A stretch of DNA of 64,000 bases from Felis catus. Taxonomy: Eukaryota. The translations under genes and the position numbers were made by a program. Location of the stretch: contig NC_058368.1 of NCBI RefSeq assembly GCF_018350175.1, positions 157,296,001-157,360,000 on the forward strand. Reading direction: 5' to 3'. Within the stretch, counting starts at the first letter, position 1, and each line of letters starts with the position of its first letter. The notes under the pieces were generated by a model. It was given only the letters and a program-made list of their open reading frames with translations. It searched no databases and was not told the origin of the DNA. Of this stretch, positions 53,032-64,000 are shown piece after piece.

Positions 53032-54374
53032 CTGGAGATAAGAGCATCTATTAGAATGAATAGAAAATGGTGGCATTTCCACTGCAAAAATAGGGAAGCA
53101 TGTTGTTTGGGTGGGAGGTGCTTGCTTGTGTGTTCCCCATGACCTTGAGACTGGAGGACTAATGATAATCCAATTTGTTATACCCCAGTAAAAGTAAATT
53201 TTTAATTAAATGCTACTGAGGGAAACTACAAATATATAAACCAAATAAAAATTGTAAATAAGACGAAAATAATTATTAAAAAAAGTAGCCTTAAGATAAT
53301 TATAAAAATCTTTACGATATCAAGAAATAGACCATCTGTGATCTTGTATTAGCCAAGATAAGTAACACTAGCTGCTATAATAACTGACCCTAAAATGTTT
53401 GGCTTAACTCAATAAAGATCTATTTTCTCACTCATGTCTCAGTACAATGCATGCTGTGAAGCAGCTGTGCTCTAACCATTCATTCAGGAACCCAATCTTC
53501 CTCCATGCAGCAGACCAACAGATTCAAACAATGGCTTCAACATTGACCTGGCTTCACCCAGTTAGTAGAGAGGGATAAAAGAGAATAGAGAAGGCACACT
53601 TTTCTTAACAGCTCAGTAGGGATTATATTTTGCTACCCAGAATTAATGATATGGCCTTATCTACATGTAAAAGCTTTGGAAAATGTAGTTCAGCTATGGG
53701 TCCTGGAAAAGAAGATGGGTTTGGTAAGCATCTAGCTGAGCTCTCTGGTATATACAGAGGGACCCCTAATCTATAGTTAGTATTCCCAGGTCTGACTTTT
53801 GAAATCTCTTGGAAAGCCTCTACCACTCTCTTTTTTGTCTGCTGTAATAAAGGAATCTGCACACCAGTGTTAATTTCAGCTCTGTTTCCTGAACAAACCA
53901 TGATCTTCCATGTCTCTACACCTTTGCATGTGATTTTCATATGATGTCTGTCTATTCCTTCTAAAACTCTCTCCCTTCCCACCTCCCTCCTCTTCATATT
54001 AGCAATTCCTTCTCATCTGTTAGGACCCAAGCCACTGTTTACTTCCTCTGTGAACTTTTCTCTGGTGACACACAGGCACAGTCTCTTCTTAATGTTCACT
54101 GAATTTTAACCTTGTACTTTGTACCTACCTCTGCTGCTGAATGCATAAGCTTGTATTATAATTATTTAAGCAACCAGTATGTTTTCAAAGGATTGGGTGC
54201 GTTAATATTCACAATGTAGCGACCATTAATTATAGACTTGGTTTCTCAAGGGTAACACCTGAGTCTTATGTATCTTCATATCTCCCATGCTACCTACCAT
54301 AGGCCTGGCTCCCATACTCAATAATGGAGGAGAAAATGCATGCTTCTTCCTGCCACTTCCCAATCCCCACCCCC

Positions 54375-54790
54375 CTTTTTTGTATTGTGACAAAACATAA
54401 AGATATAACATGAAATTTACCATCTTCACCATTTTAAAGTATACATTACAGTAGTGTTAACTATATGCACCTTGCTTGCATTAGATCTCTAGAGTTTTTC
54501 TCATCTTGCAAAACTGAAACTCTCCTTGTTGAACAACTCTCTATTTCCTCCTACCCTCAGCCCCTGGTAACCACCATTCTACTTTCTGTTTCTAAGAGTC
54601 TGACTACCTTAGATACCGGACATAAATGGAATAATGCAGTAGTTGTCTTTCTGTGACTGGCTTATTTCATTTAGCATAACACCCTCAAGATTCATTCATA
54701 TTGTAACAGATGACAGGATTTCCTTCTTTTTTAATCCCAAATAATATTTCATTGCAGGTACATACCACAATTTCTTTCTGCATTCATCCA
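54375..54790 (-). mobile_element. Old L1 (L1MB-like) 3' end
   Basis: cagcccctggtaaccaccattctactttctg...gactggcttatttcatttagcataa. Confidence 0.75.
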
Positions 54791-54812
54791 TTCTAGTGTC
54801 TTTGTTTTTGAC

Positions 54813-54907
54813 CTGTGGTTACCAGAAGGGATTGACAAAATATATTTTCTATTGACCCAAGAGAAAGGTGATCCTATACTCTTAGATATTTCAGGATGGT
54901 TTAGGTT
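54813..54907 (-). pseudogene. Relic exon a (95 nt, phase 0-2)
   Basis: cccttagtctttag|NLNHPEISKSIGSPFSWVNRKYILSIPSGNH+AG|gtcaaa. Open frame; ILSIP resembles a GAF beta strand. Confidence 0.4.
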
Positions 54908-54975
54908 CTAAAGACTAAGGGAAATTATACTTAGTGCAAGGGAAACTAGATTTAAAAAAAAAAAAATCAGTGATA

Positions 54976-55215
54976 GGGCGCCTGGGTGGCTCAGTCAGCT
55001 AAGCGTTTTGACTTCGGCTCAGGTCATGATCTTATGGTTCATGGGTTTGGCCCCTCATCAGGCTCTGTGCTGACAGCTCAGAGCCCGAGCCTGCTTCACA
55101 TTCTGTGTCTTCCTCTCTCTGCCCCTTGCCTGCTCACACTCTGCTTCCCTCTTTCTCTCTCTGTCTCTCTGTCTCTCTCAAAAATGAATAAACATTAAAA
55201 AAAAATGTAAAAATA
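54976..55215 (+). mobile_element. SINEC
   Basis: TSD aaaaatcagtga. Confidence 0.88.
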
Positions 55216-56863
55216 AAAATCAGTGACTACATGAATAATGCCTCTTGCTATACGCTATGAGCATGAGAAACTATATTATACTGCTTCCAACTGAGCAACA
55301 AGGGCCCATAATCAAAAGCTGTTCACATTCCAAAGGCCTCTTATCCTAGTCTTTTCACTCCCCTACTCAGTACCTCAGTCCCTCCTCAGTACCTCATACC
55401 CTCAAAATAGCTCTCTTGAGAAAAGATATTTTAAAGTAGGGCAAAATGAATAAATAAGGAAAGGGAGAAATAACTCTTTCAACACAGAGCACTTGTGAGA
55501 ATTTTCATGTTTATGGAGAAGCTGAGTCCCACAGTAACCTCTGGCCCTTCTTGTTATTAGTGGACTCGGGTGTTCATTTGCTTTGGGATACTTCGAGGCC
55601 CTTTAGAGGCAGTCATAACCTTTACTTCAGTGAGTTATCATGAAGGAATCTGAAGTATCCTTGCATTATTAGCATGATCGTCATTTTTTCAGTTGGTCTA
55701 AGGAGTTATTAAATAGGTAGCCTTAATGTGCACTGGAAAATCTCCAAGTAAACTAGCATTTAGCTTATCCGTATGTTAAACGCCTCACACGTAACTTCTT
55801 AACATTATCACAATAAGAACCCCAGCACTCAAAAAAAAAGAAAAGCTGCAGTTTTTGGTAAACTATGCCAAATATAGCTTGAAATAGTAAATAATCCCTC
55901 AAAAGCGATATTAGCAAATTAATTGCTGTGTGAACAAAGAACTCTTTCTGCCCCAGCATGAATGTTGCCTTTATTTTTTTCTCCCAAGTATGATTTTAGA
56001 AAACAGCTGTAGTGCATGTTGACAAATGACAAAGCGGGAGACGTGGTAAAACACTTTCGGTCAAGGCCAAAAGGGGAAAAAAAATGGGCTGCTGGAGCGG
56101 CCAGCAGGCTTGAATGCCTAGCTTCCCTAGCCTCCTTTTTCCCCAGCCTTTAGGGAGCGGGGGCCTCACCGCCCCACCCCCCTTTCCCTGGCTCTGGTTA
56201 CAGCCTTTCGAGTTGAACAAACTTGCTGCAGGCGGATTGGCGATCAGGAGCTCTCCGGCTTGGGCGTTGTATTTATTAATTTATATTCCGCGGGGCCCTT
56301 GCGCGGGCCGCTCCTTTGTATCCGGCAGCCGCTGCCTGGGCCCGGGGCCCCGGCGGGGAGCGCGCCCCCCGCGTCCGCTCGACCCCCAAGGCCAGCACGT
56401 GCTGCACCCGCCCGCCCGGCCCGCCGAGGGGGCGGAGGCCCCGGCTTTTCTCCTAACTCACTCTCAGCCAGAAGGAGGAGCCGCGGCAGCAGAAGGCGAC
56501 AGCTGCCCGGCCCGGGCAGCGCGGCAGAGAGGGGGCTGCAGCGCCCGGGCGCCGGGCCACTCTTGGCGGCGGCGGCGGCGGCCGGGGAGGCGGGGAGCGG
56601 CGGGCCGCTCGGGATGTTCCCGGGCACTTCCTGACTGGCTGGCAGCGCGCACACGGCCCGACTCGCACGTCTCCGGCCCCCTGGTCGCTAGCTCGCCTGC
56701 TCGCGCGGGCCCGCTCTGCGTCGGCCGCACAGCGGTGGAGGCGCGCGGAGGAGACGCGGCCGGGGATGAGCTGATTGCGGGTGAATACGCCGCCGCCTGG
56801 CCCCGAGAGGCCGCGAGGAGCCGCTTTTCTCCGAGTCGCCGCCCTGCCCTTGGATTTGAGATC

Positions 56864-56865
56864 AT
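56864..56865 (+). CDS. RHOBTB3: RHOBTB3 exon 1 coding part (AT of a split start codon)
   Basis: gagatcAT|gtacgt donor; AT plus the first G of exon 2 gives ATG TCC ATT CAC (MSIH), the known RHOBTB3 N-terminus. Confidence 0.85.
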
Positions 56866-57045
56866 GTACGTACGCGTCGCGGTCCTGCCATTGTCTCTAC
56901 CCCAACGCGTGTCGTGCGCCCCAGCGCGAGGGGCTTTCGCTCATCCTCGCCGCGCGCTGCCCTCCGCACTTCCTGTTCTGATTAAAGAGATCCTCGCGCT
57001 GACCACGCGCCTCTTCTCCCCCCTCACCCCCTCCCTGTCGTGTAG

Positions 57046-57271
57046 GTCCATTCACATCGTGGCGCTCGGGAACGAGGGGGACGCGTTTCACCAGGACAAT
57101 CGGCCGTCGGGGCTCATCCGCACTTACCTGGGGAGAAGCCCGCTGGTCTCGGGGGACGAAAGCAGCTTGTTGCTGAACGCCACCAGTACGGTCGCACGTC
57201 CCGTGTTCACCGAGTATCAGGCCAGCGCGTTTGGGAATGTCAAGCTGGTGGTCCACGACTGCCCCGTCTGG
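57046..57271 (+). CDS. RHOBTB3: RHOBTB3 exon 2 (226 nt), atypical Rho-like domain
   Basis: Acceptor ccctgtcgtgtag; reads SIHIVALGNEGDAFHQDNRPSGLIRTYLGRSPLVSGDESSLLLNATSTVARPVFTEYQASAFGNVKLVVHDCPVW; donor gtaagg. Confidence 0.96.
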
Positions 57272-60200
57272 GTAAGGGGCGGCCGCTGCTCAGTGCCGAG
57301 GCTGACGGAGCTTTTCTTTCATTTGTTTTCCTCCTCCCCCTTTTTCCCTTTTCACGGATGTGGACCGTCCGGGTCACCTGGGTAGAGTTTTAAAACATTT
57401 TTGGGAAAAGCTTCGTTTTCCTTTGTTTCACCGGGCGGGGGGCAGCCTGGTCAGAGAACACTCTTAGAAGGCAAAAAAGCCCCAGTGGGAACTTGGAGCG
57501 CTTACTCCTACAATTCACGACTGTAGGTTGTCCCTTGGTAGCTGGCAGTTGAATGTGACAACCCCAAGGGACGGGGTCACCAAGTGTCACCCGCAGAGAG
57601 CAATGTTTTTTCATGCCTACCCTGTTGGTGATAGTGTAATATTAGTGTTCTAAAAATAAAGTCCTCTGAAAGCTCAACACAAGCAAAAATAAATTTCACT
57701 GGGGCAGTTCAGAAATAGGACCCCTGGAAAGGAGAGGAAGAGACAGGGACTGAGAATTAATTTTAAACCACTCATTTGCAACACTATCCACTTTTGAAAA
57801 TTTTAATTCATGTTTTTAATTTTAATAATGCAGATACTCTTGATATATTAGCCATTTGTTTTCAGTGACTCATAAATCGGAAATATTAATACTGCTTGGA
57901 ATTTTCAAAAAGCTTTAAAATTTGCAATAATTAGAAGAAATTGTAATAAAGTCGATAAAATTCAGTCTGATTCTTGAGTACTTGATAAAGGAGAAAGGAA
58001 TCTACTCTGTGACACATAAATATTTTTAGTACACAATAATGTAATACTGAGGTATGCAATAATAGTAATAATTTTAATGTTTTCATTTAATCTTATTTGG
58101 AAATTTCTTATTCTTTACTGGTATTGGAGTTATAATATTATAACTAAAGCTCAAGATTGTATTTTATAACAGAAGAAAGCTGAGTGTCAGAAAAAGAAGA
58201 TACAAATTCTCATTATGTGAGACTGTATGTTTAAATAGCAATTTTAAAAATCTAGATCAGGTGCTATGGGGAACTGATACACCTTTCTAAAGGAATGTAT
58301 GGAATGTACATAAAAAATGTCTTATGCAAATTATGGCAAGAAAGGATCACTATAGCCCAAACAAATTTTCAGTTAAAGGATATTTACATTAATGGGCTAA
58401 AATAAATGCAAAACAGTTTTTCCATTACTGGGTGGTATTGAATTCCCATTTATGACAGTGATGATGCTAGTCATAAGAAGCATTGATCAGGAACTTGCTG
58501 GAGTCTATGCAAGCAAATGAAACACTTTTTTTTTCCTTCACTTTGGCCATTTCATTGTGAAAGATAGTACAGTCTAAAAACTTACTGGTTTTACTACAGT
58601 CAGTGGAACAGATGTTGAGTGAGTAGAGTAAATAAATGTAGGGAAAATAAGCTGAATTTGGATGTTAGGTTTTACATTTCCTGTTTTTTCTTTGAGCTGT
58701 TAGCTCTTTCCTGTTTATGTTGATAATTTAGCAAAAAACAGTACTTGTGATCATGAGTTGTAGTAAGTGAATGGATTAGAATAAGCGTCTGTAGTCTAGA
58801 TTTTTGCCATATACTGATTGTTGCGTCTTACTGTGCTAATCTTAACCTTTTGTTTGTTTAGGTCCTGTTTAAGGCATTGAGTTGGTAACCAGGTACACTT
58901 TGGGGGTTATAATGATCTTCAAACATGAGGGAATATATTTATAGAGTTTCTCTTCTCAGGTGCTTTTCTTTTTTTGGTGGTAAGTAAAAGTCCATCAGAG
59001 ATATTCAAGTGGATTGTATTTATCAGCTGATACTTGACATGTACTGAAACATAATATTCAATATAGCAGAGCAGATAGAGCACAGGTTTTGACAGCAGAA
59101 GGACCTGCTTTCAGATCCCCACATTGCTACTTAGAGATTTTCCTTGGTTAAGTCAGCGATCCTCTCTTAGCCTCATTTTTCCTATGTATGAAATGAAAAT
59201 AATCCCTGCCTCCTAGAGCTGTGCTGAAGAGTAAATGAGGGAGCACGTGTAAAGTTCTTAGTGTAGAAGCAGACGTGTAGTAGGCACTCAGTCGGTGGTA
59301 GCTCCTATAATGTGTTTATTATGACTTGAATATAGCCACGTGTCCCACTAAGCAGAAGTTTTCCTATACATCATTCAAGGTTCACACAAATGTAGTGAAT
59401 TTGCCACCACACTGAGGCAGTGGTATTAGTACTTAGTACTAAGTGCAAAGTACAAAACAGTACTTTGCAGCCCCATAGTCAAGTAGAATACAATTGTTTT
59501 GCTGCAAAAATTTAGATTATTTAAAAAAAAATGATTTCCATTCTCCCAATGTGGCTCCAAGCTTTGCATTGCATAACCTCCTAGAGGAAATCCTGGAAGT
59601 GATTTACAAGGGGTGGGAGAATTTGATTTCCTTCATATTTCTAGAAACCAGGGGAGCATTTTCTCTTTGACACAGTTTGACTAGGAATGTGGTGTTATTT
59701 CCTTGGAATTGGAATGAGACAGTTTGTACTTCTCTTGTTTTTTCTGTAGATCCATGACCTTACTCTGGATCCTTGTGGTATATATATTTGGCACTTTTAA
59801 ATTAATGCATTTCATATTCATTTCATGTAGTTCATTATTTAGGATGTCTCTCTCAAACCCATCCTCTTTTTTGTGTGTGTGCAGTTACGTTATTTTATTT
59901 CTAGATCTTTTCCTGTTTACCAGAGATATTCCACAAAAAGCAATGAGGTAACACATGCACACTTTTCTTGTGCAGGATTTGAAACTGATGTTTTAAAAAT
60001 ACAATTATTTACAGTGTTTATATCCTCAATACATCCCTGGTAATGATGCCAAAACCCATTTTCTCCTGACACTTCCCTCTCAATGTTTCCTTTTTTTCCT
60101 AGTACACCTCTCCAGTAACTCTGGAATTTTAAACTATTTGGAATGCAAAGAGCAGTTACTTTTGATTTGTTCTGTCAGAGTTAAATAGCTGTTTCATTTG

Positions 60201-60842
60201 GTCCACCTATTTCTAGTTGTTTGTTTGTTTGTTTTTAATTCCATTCATCTGACTTTGTTCTCTTTCTTTGTTGTACTTATATACCCTGTTATGCTTGTTT
60301 ACTTTGAACTTGGATACTATAGCAGATACATTTGGAACTGAATGGGTTTGTGGTTTGGGATTTGGAAAAGAGCATGAGTGTGGAGCTCTGCTGGGAAGCC
60401 TTCACATTTTCTTGATCTGTGTCCCACTTCCCTTCTCCCCGCCTCTTCCACCCTCCTCCAAGCTTAAGACTTTGCCTTTGCTGTTTATGTCCCCATAGTT
60501 TGTCTACTTTTCTTTGTTGGTTTTTTTAATCTTCCTTTTTCAGTACTCCCACTTTCAATAAATTCATGTCCAAACATTTCAAAAAATCCATGTCCAAACA
60601 TTTTGCAGTTCTCATTACTCTGAGTGTACTCATAGGAAGTAGGTGGGTTGGGGTGGGTGCAGGGAATTGGGGGAGGCCTTGCTGGGGATGGTGGAGGTCC
60701 TGGTGAGAAGCAGCTCTCTCTTCTAAAGGGTATTGCTGTGTAACACTTCTCCAGAATTTTCCATCATAGGATGAAAACTCTCTCACATGGATCTTGACTG
60801 ATTGATTTCAGCATTATTACCCTATTTGGGGCTCATATTTTA

Positions 60843-60928
60843 TTTTATTTTATTTATTTTATTTTTTTATATGAAATTTATTGACAAATTGGTTTCCATA
60901 CAACACCCAGTGCTCATCTCAAAAGGTG
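60843..60928 (-). mobile_element. Ultra-short L1 3' tip in RHOBTB3 intron 2
   Basis: Reverse complement nearly matches the terminal ~60 nt of the L1 at 29450-29510; 16-bp TSD tggggctcatatttta (60827-42 / 60929-44). Confidence 0.9.
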
Positions 60929-61991
60929 TGGGGCTCATATTTTAAAGTGCAAACTTTCATAGCCCAACAGTTTTTGGATCTGTTAGCCACATCTAACTAT
61001 TTTCTTAATCTAGCCATATTATATCCTGGAAATACATACTAAAGGCCACAGGAAAGGACAAATAATGGTTAATAGTTAACTAGAATATGAGGAAAAAAGC
61101 TACTAATGCATACTTAGCTGTGGTATTAAGATATATAAACATATTTTTCTTATGCTACTATTCACATAAAGCCTTTGAAAAATACTTTTGAAGTATCAAA
61201 GCTTTTAAGGAGTAGAGTTTATAATAAATTACTTTTGGCCCTGATTCTATACAGTGGTAATTATTAACTGTAGTCCAAAAGTAAAAATTTCAAGATTGAA
61301 AGGTTTATCCTGAATTTTTAATTTATGTAAGCTAAAAACAGGAATTGAAAATCTATTCTTTACCATGTTGACACTTTATAATACATAGTATCTTTTTATA
61401 AGTCATACATCCCTATATACACACATACATTGTATATATATACTGTACCGTCCAAAGGATGGATTAAGTTGAAAGGTATGTATAAATTTTGAAGATATGT
61501 ATAAAATACATGGAACTCCACAGAATTCACAATGCATTGCCATTTAAACCACTTGAACACTCCTGCAGTGTCTAATTGGGTCACAGAAAATCCTCTGAAG
61601 CTTCCTTACTCATACTGATGCTCTGGCATCTACTGCCGTAGTGTTAACATTTTCAAATTTATTAGGTGATAAAAATATGGCATAATTTTAAAACAAAGTG
61701 CTTATTTTTAAGTGCACATATTGAAAGAAATCGCGTATTTAATCACACAGACAGTGATTCCTTAGATCTGTCTCAGAGTGCAACTACACTGCTGAATAGG
61801 CTAAATGAATACATAAAAATTGAAGAGTTGGTAGGCTTTAAACATTTTTAATTTTAGATAGTTACTTATTTAAAAATAAATTCTTTTTATGAATTACAAA
61901 AATTATAGGAAAAAATTTAATGTGTTACATTTTATTTCATGATTCATTTGAAGACAAGTAGACTAAAGAGTGCTCTTTGCATTTTGTTTAG

Positions 61992-62178
61992 GACATTTTT
62001 GACAGTGATTGGTATACCTCTAGAAATCTAATTGGAAGTGCTGACATCATTGTGATCAAATACAACGTAAATGACAAGTTTTCATTCCACGAAGTAAAGG
62101 ATAATTATATTCCAGTGATTAAAAGGGCATTAAATTCAGTTCCAGTAATCATTGCTGCTGTTGGCACCAGACAAAATG
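61992..62178 (+). CDS. RHOBTB3: RHOBTB3 exon 3 (187 nt)
   Basis: Acceptor ttttgtttag; reads DIFDSDWYTSRNLIGSADIIVIKYNVNDKFSFHEVKDNYIPVIKRALNSVPVIIAAVGTRQN + G; donor gtaagt. Confidence 0.96.
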
Positions 62179-64000
62179 GTAAGTATTTAATTTTTTTTAT
62201 GATGAGAATGCAGGTACCATGATAATTTTAAATAGTGCTAAGTTTATTCATGATTAATATGGGGCTTTTTTTGGGAATAAAATCACTGCATTCAAATACC
62301 AGCCGTTAATCTCTTCATCACATGGTATGATAGTGAGACATCAAAGTAAAGTGTCACGGACTACTGCTATGATTCTGATGGGTACAGATTTGTCTTCTAA
62401 ATTGTTCTACAGTAGTGAAGGAAGTCAGTACTTGTGTTCTTTTGATATGGGAAAGGTATGAGGCTGGTGCTGAGCCCCGGAAGATTCTTTCTGACATTCT
62501 GAAGGTCTATCCAGTGGGAAGGATAGATTGTCCGCAGAAGAAATTGGGCTTAGGTGCAGGCGTTTTCAGGTAGCTAGTAAGGAGCAAACTGAATACACTG
62601 GCAACACCGCCTGAGGGAGAGGAAGCGTTGACTCCAAGGCTGCTGGATTCTTTTGGTTCAGCCAGTGCCAGCATTCGCTGCTATGTATATCATTGTCAGA
62701 TCTCCTAGGGCCAACTTGGAATTCACTTTGATTTGGTGGTATTTTGATAGTTCCATCTTAGTGGTATTTCCTCAGTGAGGCTGGCTTTAAAATTTTATTC
62801 ATTGATTATTTTTCCTTTTCATTAAGGTAGAGCAAAGTAAGGGATGTAAAGTTCCCTAATCCCAGAGTGCAACTTAATGCCTTCCTACATGTACATGTAT
62901 CTATGCAGCCACCTCACAGGTCAAGATTGAGAACATTTGCCTCACTTTGGAGGGCTCTCTTATGCCTCCTCCTAGTTAATAGCACCCCTCCCTGGAGATA
63001 ACTGCTATTCTGACTTCTAACAGTATAGATTAGTTCTACTTATTCTAGAACTTCATACAAAAGGAATTATTCCGTATGTAGTACCTTGTGTCTAATTTCA
63101 GTTAGCTTAATATTCTGGGCATATATCCATGTTGCACTTAACTTTATTTTGTTATTTTGGTGTATATTTTCAGTTGTGTGAATGTGCTGTGATTTATTTA
63201 CTCACTCTCCTTTTAATGATGCTTAAGTTTCCTAGGAGTAGGATTTGGGGTCATAGTGGTAGGGTGGGTGTATGTTTAGCATTAGAAGACACAAAGTAGG
63301 CTTGACCCTTCCTTGACCGCACATCCCCTCTACTTCCCTAAGTTTCTTTTTATTGCAGCCCTCAATTCTTGAAAGAGTCATCCACACTTCCTGAGTCCAC
63401 TTCCTGACTTCCCATTTATTCTTCTGTCCACTACAGTCTGACTTTGACTTTCGCAATTATACTGCGTTTGTTCTCACCCATGGTTACCAGTTAAATGCTT
63501 ATTGACAAATTTGACATCCATTTACATTTACCCTTTAATTTGATTTATATTTTAATAACAATTCATCCTTTGAAGTTATTCAAACACATCTCTCCCTTCA
63601 ATTAAAAAAGCTATTCTTTGTTTCTTGGTTGTTTTAATTCTCTGTCTTCTTACTGGTCAACACCACCCCCCACCCCCGTACACATATTGAACCAACACAG
63701 CACTAGTTGTTTCCCAGGGTTTCATCCTTTGGCTTCACTTCTTGCTGTTTACTCTGACCTTGAATTTGTTAATCTGTTGCTTTACCTTTCCCTGTATAGA
63801 CACTGATGAATACCCAGTCTGTTTCTCTGGCTCTAGTTTCTCTCCTGGCCAGTATCTCCACAGAATCTTCCTCTTTCTGCTGAGTTCGCTGCCTTGGTGA
63901 ATGATGTCAAACCCATTCATTCACCCAAACTAGAATCATCCAACCCAGCTTTCCTCCCATTTCCCATATCCAGTTGACTAAGAAGCCCTTTTGGTTTTAC

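Larger units (their letters stand above)
31651..54907 (-). pseudogene. Putative unitary pseudogene (multi-exon; GAF-like plus VWA3A/B-like vWA domains), head-to-head with RHOBTB3
   Basis: Collinear series of AG/GT-bounded, non-repeat segments, mostly phase-compatible, with protein-like translations interrupted by stops and frameshifts (exons listed individually). Domain calls are by-eye motif matches. Confidence 0.55.
56080..57450. promoter_or_regulatory. RHOBTB3: CpG island, RHOBTB3 promoter/exon 1-2
   Basis: Very GC- and CpG-rich. Contains GC boxes (GGGGCGG ~56429), an ETS-like CACTTCCTG (~56625) and a GGC run (~56565-56582). Boundaries approximate; TSS not determinable. Confidence 0.9.

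Noticed and set aside
6794..55198. Many 60-130 aa ORFs with MAQSV.../GSGHDL.../RERERE motifs
   Set aside because: Translations of SINEC elements and their (CT)n tracts.
56244..57256. Overlapping Ala/Pro/Arg/Gly-rich ORFs on both strands
   Set aside because: Compositional by-product of the CpG island; no recognisable protein.
56114..57385. 423-aa ORF as a long N-terminal RHOBTB3 extension
   Set aside because: It runs through the GC-rich promoter, intron 1 and into intron 2. Stop depletion in a CpG island explains its length, and its ATG is probably upstream of the TSS. Only exon 2 (and possibly retained intron 1) is credible.
1..64000. tRNA, rRNA, CRISPR or prokaryotic systems
   Set aside because: Mammalian DNA; the tRNA-like A/B boxes belong to SINEC heads, and no arrays or operons were seen.

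Overview
Mammalian, felid-like genomic DNA (about two dozen CAN/SINEC SINEs, felid-type L1 3' ends). The locus is SPATA9-RHOBTB3. SPATA9 coding exons 1-4 lie on the minus strand (18830 down to 637; the last exon is left of the window). The RHOBTB3 CpG-island promoter and exons 1-3 lie on the plus strand (start codon split at 56864-65, exons to 62178). The rest is repeat-rich: SINEC, L1, L2/MIR, MaLR/ERVL LTRs, an ERV1-type solo LTR, Charlie hATs and a Tigger-type MITE. Main hunt result: the ~37 kb between the two genes appears to hold an unannotated, degraded multi-exon gene on the minus strand, head-to-head with RHOBTB3. It comprises about 15 AG..GT-bounded segments from ~54.9 kb to ~31.7 kb, mostly phase-compatible, with scattered stops and frameshifts. 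The reconstructed peptide resembles tandem GAF domains followed by VWA3A/VWA3B-type vWA domains. One of its exons sits in a small CpG island carrying CRE and E-box palindromes. The gene model and domain calls are by-eye reconstructions from remembered motifs, not database hits.
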